Made by a program: the position numbers and the translations under genes
Notes under the pieces: generated by a model
Seen by the model: the letters and a program-made list of their open reading frames with translations, nothing else
Database searches by the model: none
Told to the model about the DNA's origin: nothing
Shown: positions 1-8,887 of the stretch, one piece after another
Layout: the number at the start of each line of letters is the position of its first letter
How positions within the stretch are numbered: the first letter of the stretch is position 1
NCBI GenBank assembly: GCA_964419045.1
Contig: CAYQNO010000023.1
Coordinates: 3,720 to 67,719 of the forward strand
Origin: an uncultured Flavobacteriales bacterium
GTDB lineage: Bacteria > Pseudomonadota > Alphaproteobacteria > UBA8366 > CAVOAK01
Length of the DNA stretch: 64,000 bases
Direction: 5' to 3'

Positions 1-1146
1 TGCCTGAATGTCTGTAGGATTCCAACCATTTGCCGAATCTACGTCACAAGGGCACGCTGTGGATATACACACTAAGTCTGTCAGGGCGTGGAGGAGCACG
101 AAATCCCCCGGTCTAGACCACGGCTCATCAAATCCAAGCGTGTTGGCATCATCAAGTAAAGTATTAAAAAAGAAATTAATCGCCGGCCAACCCTTCCGTG
201 GCTTTATGTCAAAACGGCTTAGTTCGAGACTCATGTTATCGGAACAATTGACGTGACCTGGGTAACCCATGTCTTCATAGTATCGCGCACTGCAAGCCAA
301 CCCAAAGGCATCGTGTCTGCCGCAAGTATCTTGCACAATTTCAATAAGGGGCTCCTGGTCAACGTTAAAATACTTTGAATAAAGACCAGGTGCCGGATAA
401 CCAAGTCCCATCAGAGAACGTGTGGTAGTTGGATCAATTTCGCGTTCTATTCCCTTATCTAATGCTGATCTTGAAAATGCTTGAAAGTCGGAACATTCGC
501 GCCCTTGGATATCCACAACTTGTATGAATTGACCAGCAAAAACTTCGAATCCTTTAGCTTGGCCTGGTTGGATATTAATGTCTAAGATAGGGTTTGCCAG
601 TGGGGCAGGTGGTTCCAGCTCACCTTTACTTGTCTTCGGATTTGCTCTGCGAACATAAACAATTAATTCAGTCGTGGAATTCTGCTCTTCTGGATTCATC
701 CAAGCGCCAGGTGCACAAATAATTAATAGTCCATCGACTGACGCTATAAAGGTTTCCCTGTCACCTGGTCTGGATCCATCAGAGAAAATTCTTATGGCAT
801 CAGCTCTAGCGATATCAAATCCAAACTTATCCAACGCCGATGAAACCTGTCTTGCAGACGCATTGTTCATGTTTAAAACGGATTTTAAACCTTCCGCTTT
901 ACCCACACCAATTCCACCAATCATACCGGCGTCTGATGTGCCCTCGGAGGTAAAAAAAACTAATTCGGCAGACTGCAACCCTTCCCAGTCGATTACCGAA
1001 ATTTCGTCGCCGGTGAAAATTTGAATGGTGCGAGATCCACTGCCTGGCACAACAAAACGTTCCACACCGTAATCAAGAACTGGCAAACCAGGAACAATAA
1101 CGCCAGCTCGTTCATAAGGCGATTGAATTACCTTGTTCCCATTCAT
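1..1146 (-). CDS. DUF1989-domain protein, first 382 codons of a gene that runs off the left edge; candidate TMAO demethylase (Tdm-like)
   Basis: Missing from the ORF track because it has no stop in the window. Reverse-strand ATG at 1146-1144 (MNGNKVIQSPYERAGV...), and the frame stays open to base 1 (...CPCDVDSANGWNPTDIQA). The hand-translated region QPGQAKGFEVFAGQFIQVVDIQGRECSDFQAF...DTCGRHDAFG...PGDFVLLHALTDLVCISTACPCD looks like the DUF1989 (urea-carboxylase-associated) fold. The Tdm assignment is contextual: Tdm is DUF1989 + GcvT, and the GcvT part would lie outside the window. Confidence 0.6.
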   Translation of the reverse strand, partial: MNGNKVIQSPYERAGVIVPGLPVLDYGVERFVVPGSGSRTIQIFTGDEISVIDWEGLQSAELVFFTSEGTSDAGMIGGIGVGKAEGLKSVLNMNNASARQVSSALDKFGFDIARADAIRIFSDGSRPGDRETFIASVDGLLIICAPGAWMNPEEQNSTTELIVYVRRANPKTSKGELEPPAPLANPILDINIQPGQAKGFEVFAGQFIQVVDIQGRECSDFQAFSRSALDKGIEREIDPTTTRSLMGLGYPAPGLYSKYFNVDQEPLIEIVQDTCGRHDAFGLACSARYYEDMGYPGHVNCSDNMSLELSRFDIKPRKGWPAINFFFNTLLDDANTLGFDEPWSRPGDFVLLHALTDLVCISTACPCDVDSANGWNPTDIQA

Positions 1147-1214
1147 TAGTACGTTCCGGCTAGAAATAAATAAATCAAAAAAAGCTTAGCTGCATCATCC
1201 TCACAATGGCTGAA

Positions 1215-3269
1215 TTAACCAAACACAATCCTTCTTTTATTTGCCCATGTGTGAATCAAATGATCGATTGCTAAACCGATAAAAGCTACGCACAAACCAA
1301 GGGTTAAACCGTTCCCAATACCAATCTTATCCGACAGCGCTTTTAAAATATATTGTCCTAAATCATCTGTGCCAATATAAGCGCCAATAATCACCATAAA
1401 TAGCGCAAATACGACTGTTTGATTAACACCGAGCATCATGTGTGGAAAGGCAAGAGGTAACTCAATTCTTATCCATCTTTGGAAGCGAGTAACACCAGAC
1501 ATAGATGCGGCATCATGTAGGGCACTGGGCACACTATGTAACCCCTCAACGGTATAACGCGTTGCAGGGATTACTGCATAAACAATTACAGCAATTAAAA
1601 CAGAAGTATCCGTTACACCAAATAACATCATTACGGGTATCAAATAGATAAAAGAAGGAAAAGTTTGAAAGGTATCACAAGCTAGTAAAATAAATTTTGT
1701 ACTGAAGGAATATTGTGCGCACAATGAACCTATGGTTACTCCAATAAAAACGGACGCAATAACGCCAAAAGTCATCATATAAGCTGTTATTAAGGCTCTA
1801 TCCCACCATTCGGTTAAAGCGATAAATAAAATAAATCCGCCAACAACAAGTGCAGATCTAATGCCACCAATAATAAAACCTATACCCATTACTAAAACAA
1901 ACGTCGCAACAACTGGCATTCCAAGATAAGCAGCTTTCATAGGCATCAAAATTTTAGTGATAAGAAAAACATTAAAGCCTTTTAATGCATAAAAAAATGT
2001 ATCCCAAATCCAGTCTACGCCAGCCTGCCAAAATGTTTCAGTTGTAAAACCTTTATTGTGTGGAACTATATAAAAGTAATTAAAACCGTCTCGAAATATA
2101 AATGTTCCAACGTATGCGACCAAACTTCCAATTACTAAAACTATAATGAATAAAAGAGAGTATTTATGTCGTTGAATAAAGTTAAGGTCCGCGAAATAAT
2201 CTACCTGTTTATTTGCCCACGCCAATGACATTTTATCTAGAACTACTGCTATTAAAACAATACATATACCTTGCTCTAGTGCCTGGCCAATTCGTAGTTG
2301 ATTGAGTGCGAGAAGTAAATTAAAGCCAAGGCCCTTGGCACCAATAAACGATGCTATAACAGCCATTGCAAGACATTGCATTATGACTTGGTTTACTCCA
2401 ATTAATATATCACGACGTGCTGTTGGAATAAGTACCCAGAACATTAACTGAAAATTATTACAGCCACTCATTTTTCCAGCTTCCAGAACCTCTGGTGACA
2501 CTCTTTTAAGACCCAATAAGGTTAGTCGTACCATTGGCGGAGTGGCAAAAATTATAGTCGCAATAGCGCCAGCATGGTCTCCTATCCCAAAAAATACCAT
2601 AACAGGTACCAAATAAGAAAAGTGTGGCATAGTTTGAGCCACATTAAGTAGTGGATTTATTACTGTTTCTATTGCCTTATATTTATAAGCAAAAATTCCA
2701 AATGTTAATCCTAAAATGAAAGAAACGGGTGCCGCTACCATTACAAATGATAGGGTTTGCATGGATGGCGTCCACTGACCAAATGTAGAAATATAAATGG
2801 AAGAAATTGCTACTAATACTGCTAGTCCCTTACCCTGTAAATTATATCCTAAAATAATTGCACCACCAGAAACAACCGTCCAGGGTAGTGCCGGCCAATA
2901 TGCCCATTTATTCTCCCTCACCCAATCCCAACTAGAAAAAGAAACAATGGTATTTACGCCGCCTAAGAGAAGATCTCGTAAAAATAATATTAAAAAATTA
3001 ACCGCATTAGATATAGATCTAGTAATCTCTTTTAATAAGGGTTTTTCTTCAAATTCCTCAATTTCCGGATCAAAAACCTCAATTGGAAACCAATCAAACA
3101 TTAAATATTCAGCAGTATTATTAATTAATAAAGGAAGATTTTTTATTAAAGGCGGTAATCGCCAAAAATAATTATTTTCAGTATGGTCTATAGAAAAATA
3201 TAGTATAAAAAATATAAGTAATAGGAAAGAAAACTGAAAATATTTTGTATATTTCTGTATTATACTCAT
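1215..3269 (-). CDS. ABC transporter permease with two fused ProW/OpuAB-type halves; quaternary-amine (glycine betaine/TMAO-type) importer, TmoW-like by context
   Basis: 684-aa very hydrophobic ORF with two permease halves. Its start lies 2 nt after the stop of the ATPase gene. It is co-oriented with the betaine-type binding protein. Confidence 0.85.
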   Translation of the reverse strand: MSIIQKYTKYFQFSFLLLIFFILYFSIDHTENNYFWRLPPLIKNLPLLINNTAEYLMFDWFPIEVFDPEIEEFEEKPLLKEITRSISNAVNFLILFLRDLLLGGVNTIVSFSSWDWVRENKWAYWPALPWTVVSGGAIILGYNLQGKGLAVLVAISSIYISTFGQWTPSMQTLSFVMVAAPVSFILGLTFGIFAYKYKAIETVINPLLNVAQTMPHFSYLVPVMVFFGIGDHAGAIATIIFATPPMVRLTLLGLKRVSPEVLEAGKMSGCNNFQLMFWVLIPTARRDILIGVNQVIMQCLAMAVIASFIGAKGLGFNLLLALNQLRIGQALEQGICIVLIAVVLDKMSLAWANKQVDYFADLNFIQRHKYSLLFIIVLVIGSLVAYVGTFIFRDGFNYFYIVPHNKGFTTETFWQAGVDWIWDTFFYALKGFNVFLITKILMPMKAAYLGMPVVATFVLVMGIGFIIGGIRSALVVGGFILFIALTEWWDRALITAYMMTFGVIASVFIGVTIGSLCAQYSFSTKFILLACDTFQTFPSFIYLIPVMMLFGVTDTSVLIAVIVYAVIPATRYTVEGLHSVPSALHDAASMSGVTRFQRWIRIELPLAFPHMMLGVNQTVVFALFMVIIGAYIGTDDLGQYILKALSDKIGIGNGLTLGLCVAFIGLAIDHLIHTWANKRRIVFG

Positions 3270-3271
3270 AA

Positions 3272-4336
3272 TTAGTTATTTTTTTTCGAACTCTTGTGAA
3301 ATAAGACTTCGATAACCCGTGTTGAGTGAACGGTTCCAACAATATTATTATTTAAATCTCTTACTTTAACCGGGTTTTGTTGACTAAGTATTAATTCCGC
3401 AGAATTCTCGATCAATTCATCTTTTGATACACTTAAATCACTTGATGTTTTTGAAGTATTGATAGAGTCCATTATTGACTCGATTGTTACGACTTTTCCT
3501 CGTGGAACATCCTCGGTAAACCGGCGTACATATTCTGTCGCTGGGTTAAGCACAATATTTGCAGGTGTATCTAATTGTTCGATAATACCATCCTTCATAA
3601 TTGCTATTCGATCAGCAAGACGTAGCGCTTCATCAAAATCGTGTGTAATAAAAAGAATTGTCTTTTTCAGTACACCCTGCAGCCTCAGGAATTCGTCTTG
3701 CATCTCTTTTCTAATTAATGGATCTAATGCAGAAAACGGTTCGTCAAGGAACCAAATGTCTGGTTCAACAGCTAACGAGCGAGCTATACCTACACGTTGT
3801 TGTTGTCCGCCTGATAATTGTCGAGGGAAGTTGTTTTCTCGCCCACCCAGACCAACTAGGTCGACCATATCTTTTGCGCGTTTTATACTTTGTTGAGTGC
3901 TGTTTCCCTTTATTTGTAATGGGAAAGCGATATTTTCTAATACAGTTTTGTGTGGCAAAAGGGCAAAACTTTGGAATACCATTCCCATTTTATTCCGTCT
4001 AAGCTCTATTAGCCTTTTCTCACTTAATGCCAATAGGTCTTCACCATCTATATATATTTTCCCAGCTGTTGCATCCGTTAATCGTGATATACATCGTAGT
4101 AAGGTTGATTTTCCAGATCCGGATAGCCCCATTACAACTAATAATGCTCCTTTATATGATTCGAAAGATGCATTATTAACACCCACAACGCAGCCAGCTT
4201 CATCAAACTCTTTGATGTCAATATTTCCTGAAGATTTATCAAATAATTGCCGAGCGTTTTCGCCAAAAATTTTAAAAACACCCTGACATTTTATTACGGG
4301 ATTTTCTGCTTTTGTATTTTGGTTCTGAGAAGACAT
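3272..4336 (-). CDS. ABC transporter ATP-binding protein, ProV/OpuAA type (TmoV-like by context)
   Basis: Walker A GLSGSGKSTL, signature LSGGQQQRVGIARSL, Walker B IWFLDEPFSALD, plus a C-terminal extension of about 90 aa as in ProV-type ATPases. Confidence 0.9.
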   Translation of the reverse strand: MSSQNQNTKAENPVIKCQGVFKIFGENARQLFDKSSGNIDIKEFDEAGCVVGVNNASFESYKGALLVVMGLSGSGKSTLLRCISRLTDATAGKIYIDGEDLLALSEKRLIELRRNKMGMVFQSFALLPHKTVLENIAFPLQIKGNSTQQSIKRAKDMVDLVGLGGRENNFPRQLSGGQQQRVGIARSLAVEPDIWFLDEPFSALDPLIRKEMQDEFLRLQGVLKKTILFITHDFDEALRLADRIAIMKDGIIEQLDTPANIVLNPATEYVRRFTEDVPRGKVVTIESIMDSINTSKTSSDLSVSKDELIENSAELILSQQNPVKVRDLNNNIVGTVHSTRVIEVLFHKSSKKNN

Positions 4337-4390
4337 AAAACACTCCAGTTGTATGGGTTTTATTTGATAATGTCATCCCATGAAAATTAG

Positions 4391-4425
4391 TAAAAAATTT
4401 CCCCCCGCGCTATTTGCGTGGGGGG
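4391..4425 (-). terminator. Rho-independent terminator or attenuator between the binding-protein gene and the ATPase gene
   Basis: Minus-strand RNA reads CCCCCCACGC-AAAUA-GCGCGGGGGG: a 10-bp GC-rich stem with one non-Watson-Crick (A-G) position and a 5-nt loop. It is followed by AAAUUUUUUA. It sits 13 nt downstream of the SBP stop. Confidence 0.75.
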
Positions 4426-4437
4426 AAATATATAGTG

Positions 4438-5391
4438 CTACATACCAGCTTTCGTCCAAGGTTGCCATACACCTTTATTGTCCATTAGCCACTTCTTAGC
4501 TGCGTCTTGATGGGTCATTTTATCTGTATCAACTAGTGCAGCCATCGCACCAATTTGACCTGTGGTGAAACTTATCCTCGAATAGGTCATATAAGCGTGT
4601 GGATGGGTTTTTGGAAACTTGTAATTAGCTGCTTTTTTTAGCCAGCCTTTGGGTGATCCACATTTACCATCTCCGCCGTCCGCTATTCTACAACCGTCCT
4701 TGTATGGCGGGAACTCAATAAAGGTAAAGCCTTCCCCGTCTGTAAAGTTTGGTGTCCAGTTAAATATAACTGTTCCACGTCCTTCTTTCTTCGCGGCTTT
4801 GAGCTCTGCCCAGAGGGCGTCACCTGCACCTGCAAATTTTACTACCCATTTATCATCTAAGCCTAATGCCTTCACACGTTCCGGCATTAAATCGCCATGC
4901 CAACTTTGAGGTCCCTCTAACCAACGACCCTTGCCCTCCGAATCCGGGGTTACAAAGTTTTTATGACACTTTTTTAATGCTTCCCAATTTGGTAGGCCAG
5001 GACATAAACCTTTTTCAATTACCCAGTTAGGAACACCCATTTCCTCTAATGTCAGTGCGGCGTGCGTTCCGGCGTCAATTACGCCACCTTTTGCCATTGC
5101 ATTATAAAATGACTTTCCAAAAGTAGACTGCCACACCTCATGGGATATAGTGACGTCTCCATTTCTAATTGATTCATAAACTGCCTGAGTATCAGCAGGC
5201 ACATATTCGACTGTATTACCCAAACTTTCAAAAATTCCCCCAATAACGTAGGCCATCACAACTTGACTTGACCAGTTATGTGTTGGAATTACAATTGGTG
5301 AACTCGAATCTTTTGCCATGGCTTGACTTGAAGCAACGACTAAAATTATCGAGAAAACAGCTGATGCTATACAATTATAAACCTTTTTCAT
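4438..5391 (-). CDS. Periplasmic substrate-binding protein, glycine betaine/quaternary-amine family (OpuAC/ProX type; TmoX-like by context)
   Basis: 317 aa with signal peptide MKKVYNCIASAVFSIILVVASSQAMA. It is Trp/aromatic-rich, as in betaine-box binding proteins, and is the first gene of the transporter unit. Confidence 0.8.
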   Translation of the reverse strand: MKKVYNCIASAVFSIILVVASSQAMAKDSSSPIVIPTHNWSSQVVMAYVIGGIFESLGNTVEYVPADTQAVYESIRNGDVTISHEVWQSTFGKSFYNAMAKGGVIDAGTHAALTLEEMGVPNWVIEKGLCPGLPNWEALKKCHKNFVTPDSEGKGRWLEGPQSWHGDLMPERVKALGLDDKWVVKFAGAGDALWAELKAAKKEGRGTVIFNWTPNFTDGEGFTFIEFPPYKDGCRIADGGDGKCGSPKGWLKKAANYKFPKTHPHAYMTYSRISFTTGQIGAMAALVDTDKMTHQDAAKKWLMDNKGVWQPWTKAGM

Positions 5392-5453
5392 AACCCTCCT
5401 CCTTGTGGTGGCAGCGTGTTAGAGCACGAAATTATTTAAATCTTAACTTATTC

Positions 5454-5465
5454 GTGGTTTACCAC
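5454..5465. promoter_or_regulatory. Palindrome GTGGTTTACCAC, a candidate FadR-subfamily GntR operator upstream of the transporter genes
   Basis: Arms GTGGT/ACCAC with a 2-nt spacer, 63 nt upstream of the SBP start codon. It fits the generic tGGT-n-ACCa shape of GntR/FadR operators. Confidence 0.3.
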
Positions 5466-5475
5466 TGCCTGTTGT

Positions 5476-5515
5476 GTAGTAATTTACCATTTATTATTAT
5501 GTAATAAATTACTAC
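5476..5515. repeat. Perfect 11-bp inverted repeat (GTAGTAATTTA ... TAAATTACTAC) with an 18-nt spacer in the AT-rich promoter region
   Basis: Read directly: 5476-5486 is the reverse complement of 5505-5515. It lies in the 250-bp AT-rich spacer upstream of the transporter unit. Confidence 0.6.
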
Positions 5516-5642
5516 TTATAATTACTAATACTTGACTATATCAAGTTCTCAACTTTCCTATACTATACTACCTATTATCGAACTTATTTAAATTTCATCC
5601 TAATTATTTAAAAAAATTAAAACGTTTTATTCCTTAATTTAT

Positions 5643-6233
5643 TTACACAATATTAGAAATATGAGAGCTGGATTTCCAATCTGGAGAGAACCCTAAAATA
5701 GCCGTGTTGGGGTTAAGGTGCGGATTGAACAAAATATTATGCCACCAAGTGGCCTGGTAACTCGGGTCAGATTTTTCGAGTTTGAAGACGTTACAGGTCA
5801 GTTCAAATTGTTGACTATAAGCACAAAATTTTAATATGCATTTTCTAGTATTCATAAAAAATTTGGTGCTAGAAGAATTAGGCGTAAACGTTGCTGTCAA
5901 CGTATCCGAAAACTCCGCAGGTATTTGATAATAGGCTTCAGAAAATAACTGCAGTGCATTTTCTCTACGTTCTGACGGATCGTTTGTGCGTTTAAAAATT
6001 TGCTTTAATTCTAACGTTTTTGAATACGCCGCTTTTTTTAAGAGAACCGTTATAATTTGGCCAAATGGCTTATTTGTTTTTTCTTGGTATACCGTAGGCA
6101 TGATTGAATTGTCGGGTTTCCCGAGATTTTCACGCATCGCTATTTGTCGAGAGCGACATTGCCAACCGACAAATGCATTGCGGAGTGGCAGTGTATCCGG
6201 CAAAACCTCTGAATGTGGCTCAGTAAAGTTCAT
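5643..6233 (-). CDS. Hypothetical protein (196 aa), no family recognised
   Basis: Its ATG overlaps the TGA of the upstream C-N hydrolase gene (ATGA, 6230-6233), which implies translational coupling. No motif recognised. Confidence 0.6.
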   Translation of the reverse strand: MNFTEPHSEVLPDTLPLRNAFVGWQCRSRQIAMRENLGKPDNSIMPTVYQEKTNKPFGQIITVLLKKAAYSKTLELKQIFKRTNDPSERRENALQLFSEAYYQIPAEFSDTLTATFTPNSSSTKFFMNTRKCILKFCAYSQQFELTCNVFKLEKSDPSYQATWWHNILFNPHLNPNTAILGFSPDWKSSSHISNIV

Positions 6234-7078
6234 GCAACATTATACTTCAAACTATTACCTAGCTCATAAGACTTATCGTGCTTAAGGCTAGGGATTTTTT
6301 TTCGTACCTCTACTACTTGATCCAAATCAATCTCTGCTTGTATGACACCGGGCACTGTACCACCATCAGCTAATATTCGGCCCCATGGATCAATAATAAG
6401 AGAGTGGCCAAAACTTTCACCACCTCCTTCAATAGTACCAATGGCGCAAGCCGACACAACATATGCACCATTCTCTATCGCGCGTGCACGATTTAGTACG
6501 TGCCAGTGCGCCTCTCCTGTCTTCTTTGTAAAGGCGGCGGGTACTAGAAGTAATTCTGCACCTGACTGGGCAAGTTCGCGATATAAATGAGGAAATCTCA
6601 GGTCATAACAGATAGTTTGACCCCAGCGACCGAAGGCCGTATCTGTTAAAACTGCCTGATGACCTCCACTAACTATAGTGCTTTCTTTATAGACCTCAGT
6701 TTTGGAAAGTTGGATGTCAAACATGTGAATTTTGTCATATCTGCTACGTATTAAACCATTTTGATCAATTATAAACCCACGATTAAATATCCGACCATTC
6801 GATGCAGTTACCGCGATAGAACCGATGACAATCCACACATTGTTGTGGCGGGCGAATTTCTGAAAACCGTGGAGTACCAAATGCTCTTCTTCCGAGGCTG
6901 ACGGCGGTAAAAATGTAGCACCCTCTGTTTTCAGACCACCACAATACTCCGGTAAAGTTAAAACTCTTGCACCGTTTCGCACCGCGACCTCTGCCAATGT
7001 CAATGCTTCATCTAAGGCAGATCGGAGGTCTGCTCTTGGCTGAGTCTGTAAGCAGGCGATGTTAAAGCGACGTTCCAT
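6230..7078 (-). CDS. Carbon-nitrogen hydrolase family protein (nitrilase/omega-amidase-like)
   Basis: 282 aa with the Glu-Lys-Cys triad context: LTLPEY..., ...RYDKIHMFD..., ...TICYDLRFP. Confidence 0.85.
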   Translation of the reverse strand: MERRFNIACLQTQPRADLRSALDEALTLAEVAVRNGARVLTLPEYCGGLKTEGATFLPPSASEEEHLVLHGFQKFARHNNVWIVIGSIAVTASNGRIFNRGFIIDQNGLIRSRYDKIHMFDIQLSKTEVYKESTIVSGGHQAVLTDTAFGRWGQTICYDLRFPHLYRELAQSGAELLLVPAAFTKKTGEAHWHVLNRARAIENGAYVVSACAIGTIEGGGESFGHSLIIDPWGRILADGGTVPGVIQAEIDLDQVVEVRKKIPSLKHDKSYELGNSLKYNVA

Positions 7079-7082
7079 GATA

Positions 7083-7496
7083 TCAGTACTTCGTGTACGC
7101 TCTTCTCAAATGAACAAGGGGATTGCGATCAGACATTTGAAATTTTATCAAAAGTTCGCGCGCTATCATGTCTCGGTCTTGCTGGTTATCGGGGAGCTCA
7201 ATTGAAGCAGGTATTTGAATCCAACCATTGATATTTCTGTCAAATACTGCTGGGTTTCCTTCCTCGTAACCCATGTGCACGTCTTCAAGCCAATTAAGAT
7301 CGTCTAAGCCCATAAACTCCATATACTTCAAAAGAAACGGCGTAATCCGATCATAATCAGGTACGAGATTTACGTCATAGCGGTAACCGATATGTTGACC
7401 AATTTCCTTTTCGCGTTCACTTTCTAGACCGGCTGTATCATCCAGAAACTGGTCAACATCTTTGATTTCAGAGCCTTGATATTTTTTACCCGCCAT
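7083..7496 (-). CDS. Hypothetical acidic protein (137 aa), no family recognised
   Basis: Packed between the FMN GltB-like gene (14-nt gap) and the C-N hydrolase gene (4-nt gap) on the same strand. Confidence 0.6.
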   Translation of the reverse strand: MAGKKYQGSEIKDVDQFLDDTAGLESEREKEIGQHIGYRYDVNLVPDYDRITPFLLKYMEFMGLDDLNWLEDVHMGYEEGNPAVFDRNINGWIQIPASIELPDNQQDRDMIARELLIKFQMSDRNPLVHLRRAYTKY

Positions 7497-7510
7497 AACT
7501 TAAAATTCCT

Positions 7511-8866
7511 TTACAGATGGTGGTAATCTTCAATGCCGACAGTGTGGCTTGTGCCGGCAAGGGGTACTCCGGCCATCGCAGACGATTCCATAGTCAATGC
7601 TGCTAAATCCTCTGGCTCTAAGGAGTGGATGTCTGTTTTGCCACAGGCACGTGCAAACATTTGAGTTTCTATAGTCAGTGTATGTAGAAAATTATAAACC
7701 CGTTCTGCTGCGTCATCTGGATCAAGACGTTTACGCAACTCCTCATCCTGCGTTGCAACACCGACCGGGCAACGGCCTGTATGACAGTGATAACAATACC
7801 CGGGCTCAGAACCTATTTCCGTTTTGTAATTAGCTTCAGGTATGTCCTTGTTACAATTGAGTGCCATCATTGCAGAATGACCAATAGCAATCGCTTCCGC
7901 ACCCAGTGCGATTGCTTTGGCGACGTCAGCACCGTTACGAATTCCACCTGCGTAAATTAGAGTAATTTCTCCACGTTTGCCAAGATCATCTATGGCCTTA
8001 CGTGCTTGGCGGATAGCTGCCATACCAGGTACACCCGTTTCTTCAGTTGCTAAATGCGGGCCAGCACCAGTTGAGCCTTCCATACCATCAATATAAATTG
8101 AGTCAGGGTCGCACTTTACAGCCATTCGCACGTCATCATAAACTCGTGCGGCCCCAAGTTTTAGCTGTATAGGAATCTGCCAGTCCGTTACTTCTCGGAT
8201 TTCTTGAATTTTTAATGCCAAGTCATCAGGTCCAAGCCAATCAGGATGGCGAGCTGGTGACCTCTGATCTATACCAGCTGGTAATGAGCGCATTTCGGCA
8301 ACCTGGTCGGTCACCTTTTGACCCATCAGATGTCCGCCAAGGCCTACTTTGCAACCTTGTCCAATGAAAAACTCGCAGGCATCTGCTAGCATAAGATGGT
8401 GTGGGTTGAATCCGTAACGTGATTGAATGCACTGATAGAGCCACTTAGTCGAATAGCGCCTTTCATCAGGAATCATGCCACCTTCGCCTGAGCAAGTAGC
8501 GGTCCCTGCCATGGTAGCACCTCGAGCCAACGCGGTTTTAGCTTCATAGGATAATGCTCCAAAACTCATGCCTGTGATATAAATTGGAATATCCAGTTCC
8601 AGCGGACGTTTTGCTCGAGGACCTATAATTGTCTTGGTTTCACATTTCTCTCGATAACCTTCAATCACAAAGCGGGTCAAAGTTCCTGGAAGAAACGTCA
8701 GATCATCCCAATGCGGAATTTTTTTGAATAGAGAAAACCCACGCATTCTGTAGCGGCCGAGCTCAGATTTGACATGGATATCATCAATTACGTTTGGCGG
8801 AAAAACGAACGAGTTACCCAGCCTGAAAGTATCGCGATCAAGTGTTTTCTTAGAGTCATTATCCAT
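7511..8866 (-). CDS. FMN-binding glutamate-synthase-domain protein (MgsC/GlxD-like)
   Basis: GltB FMN-domain motifs (CSGEGGMIPDE, IYIDGMEGSTGAG, IYAGGIRNGADVAKA). The ORF extends to a TTG at 8884. The ATG at 8866 with an upstream purine-rich stretch is the more likely start. Confidence 0.85.
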   Translation of the reverse strand: MDNDSKKTLDRDTFRLGNSFVFPPNVIDDIHVKSELGRYRMRGFSLFKKIPHWDDLTFLPGTLTRFVIEGYREKCETKTIIGPRAKRPLELDIPIYITGMSFGALSYEAKTALARGATMAGTATCSGEGGMIPDERRYSTKWLYQCIQSRYGFNPHHLMLADACEFFIGQGCKVGLGGHLMGQKVTDQVAEMRSLPAGIDQRSPARHPDWLGPDDLALKIQEIREVTDWQIPIQLKLGAARVYDDVRMAVKCDPDSIYIDGMEGSTGAGPHLATEETGVPGMAAIRQARKAIDDLGKRGEITLIYAGGIRNGADVAKAIALGAEAIAIGHSAMMALNCNKDIPEANYKTEIGSEPGYCYHCHTGRCPVGVATQDEELRKRLDPDDAAERVYNFLHTLTIETQMFARACGKTDIHSLEPEDLAALTMESSAMAGVPLAGTSHTVGIEDYHHL

Positions 8867-8887
8867 TCTGTAACCTTTTCTCAAACC

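Noticed and set aside
8-1024. Track ORFs 8..256(+) and 674..1024(+)
   Set aside because: Both lie antisense to a continuous 382-codon minus-strand reading frame with clear DUF1989-type sequence. Their own translations are low-complexity (Ser/Pro-rich) with no motif. They are shadow ORFs.
2797-4286. Long antisense ORFs inside the transporter genes (for example 2797..3171, 3459..3896, 3897..4286)
   Set aside because: They lie opposite strongly motif-bearing ABC permease and ATPase frames. Their composition is biased (Ser/Ile/Phe-rich) and no RBS or motif is present. The same reasoning applies to similar antisense ORFs throughout, such as 9096..9512, 16072..16494, 24516..24968, 42515..42943, 46102..46512, 51695..52177 and 55654..56079.
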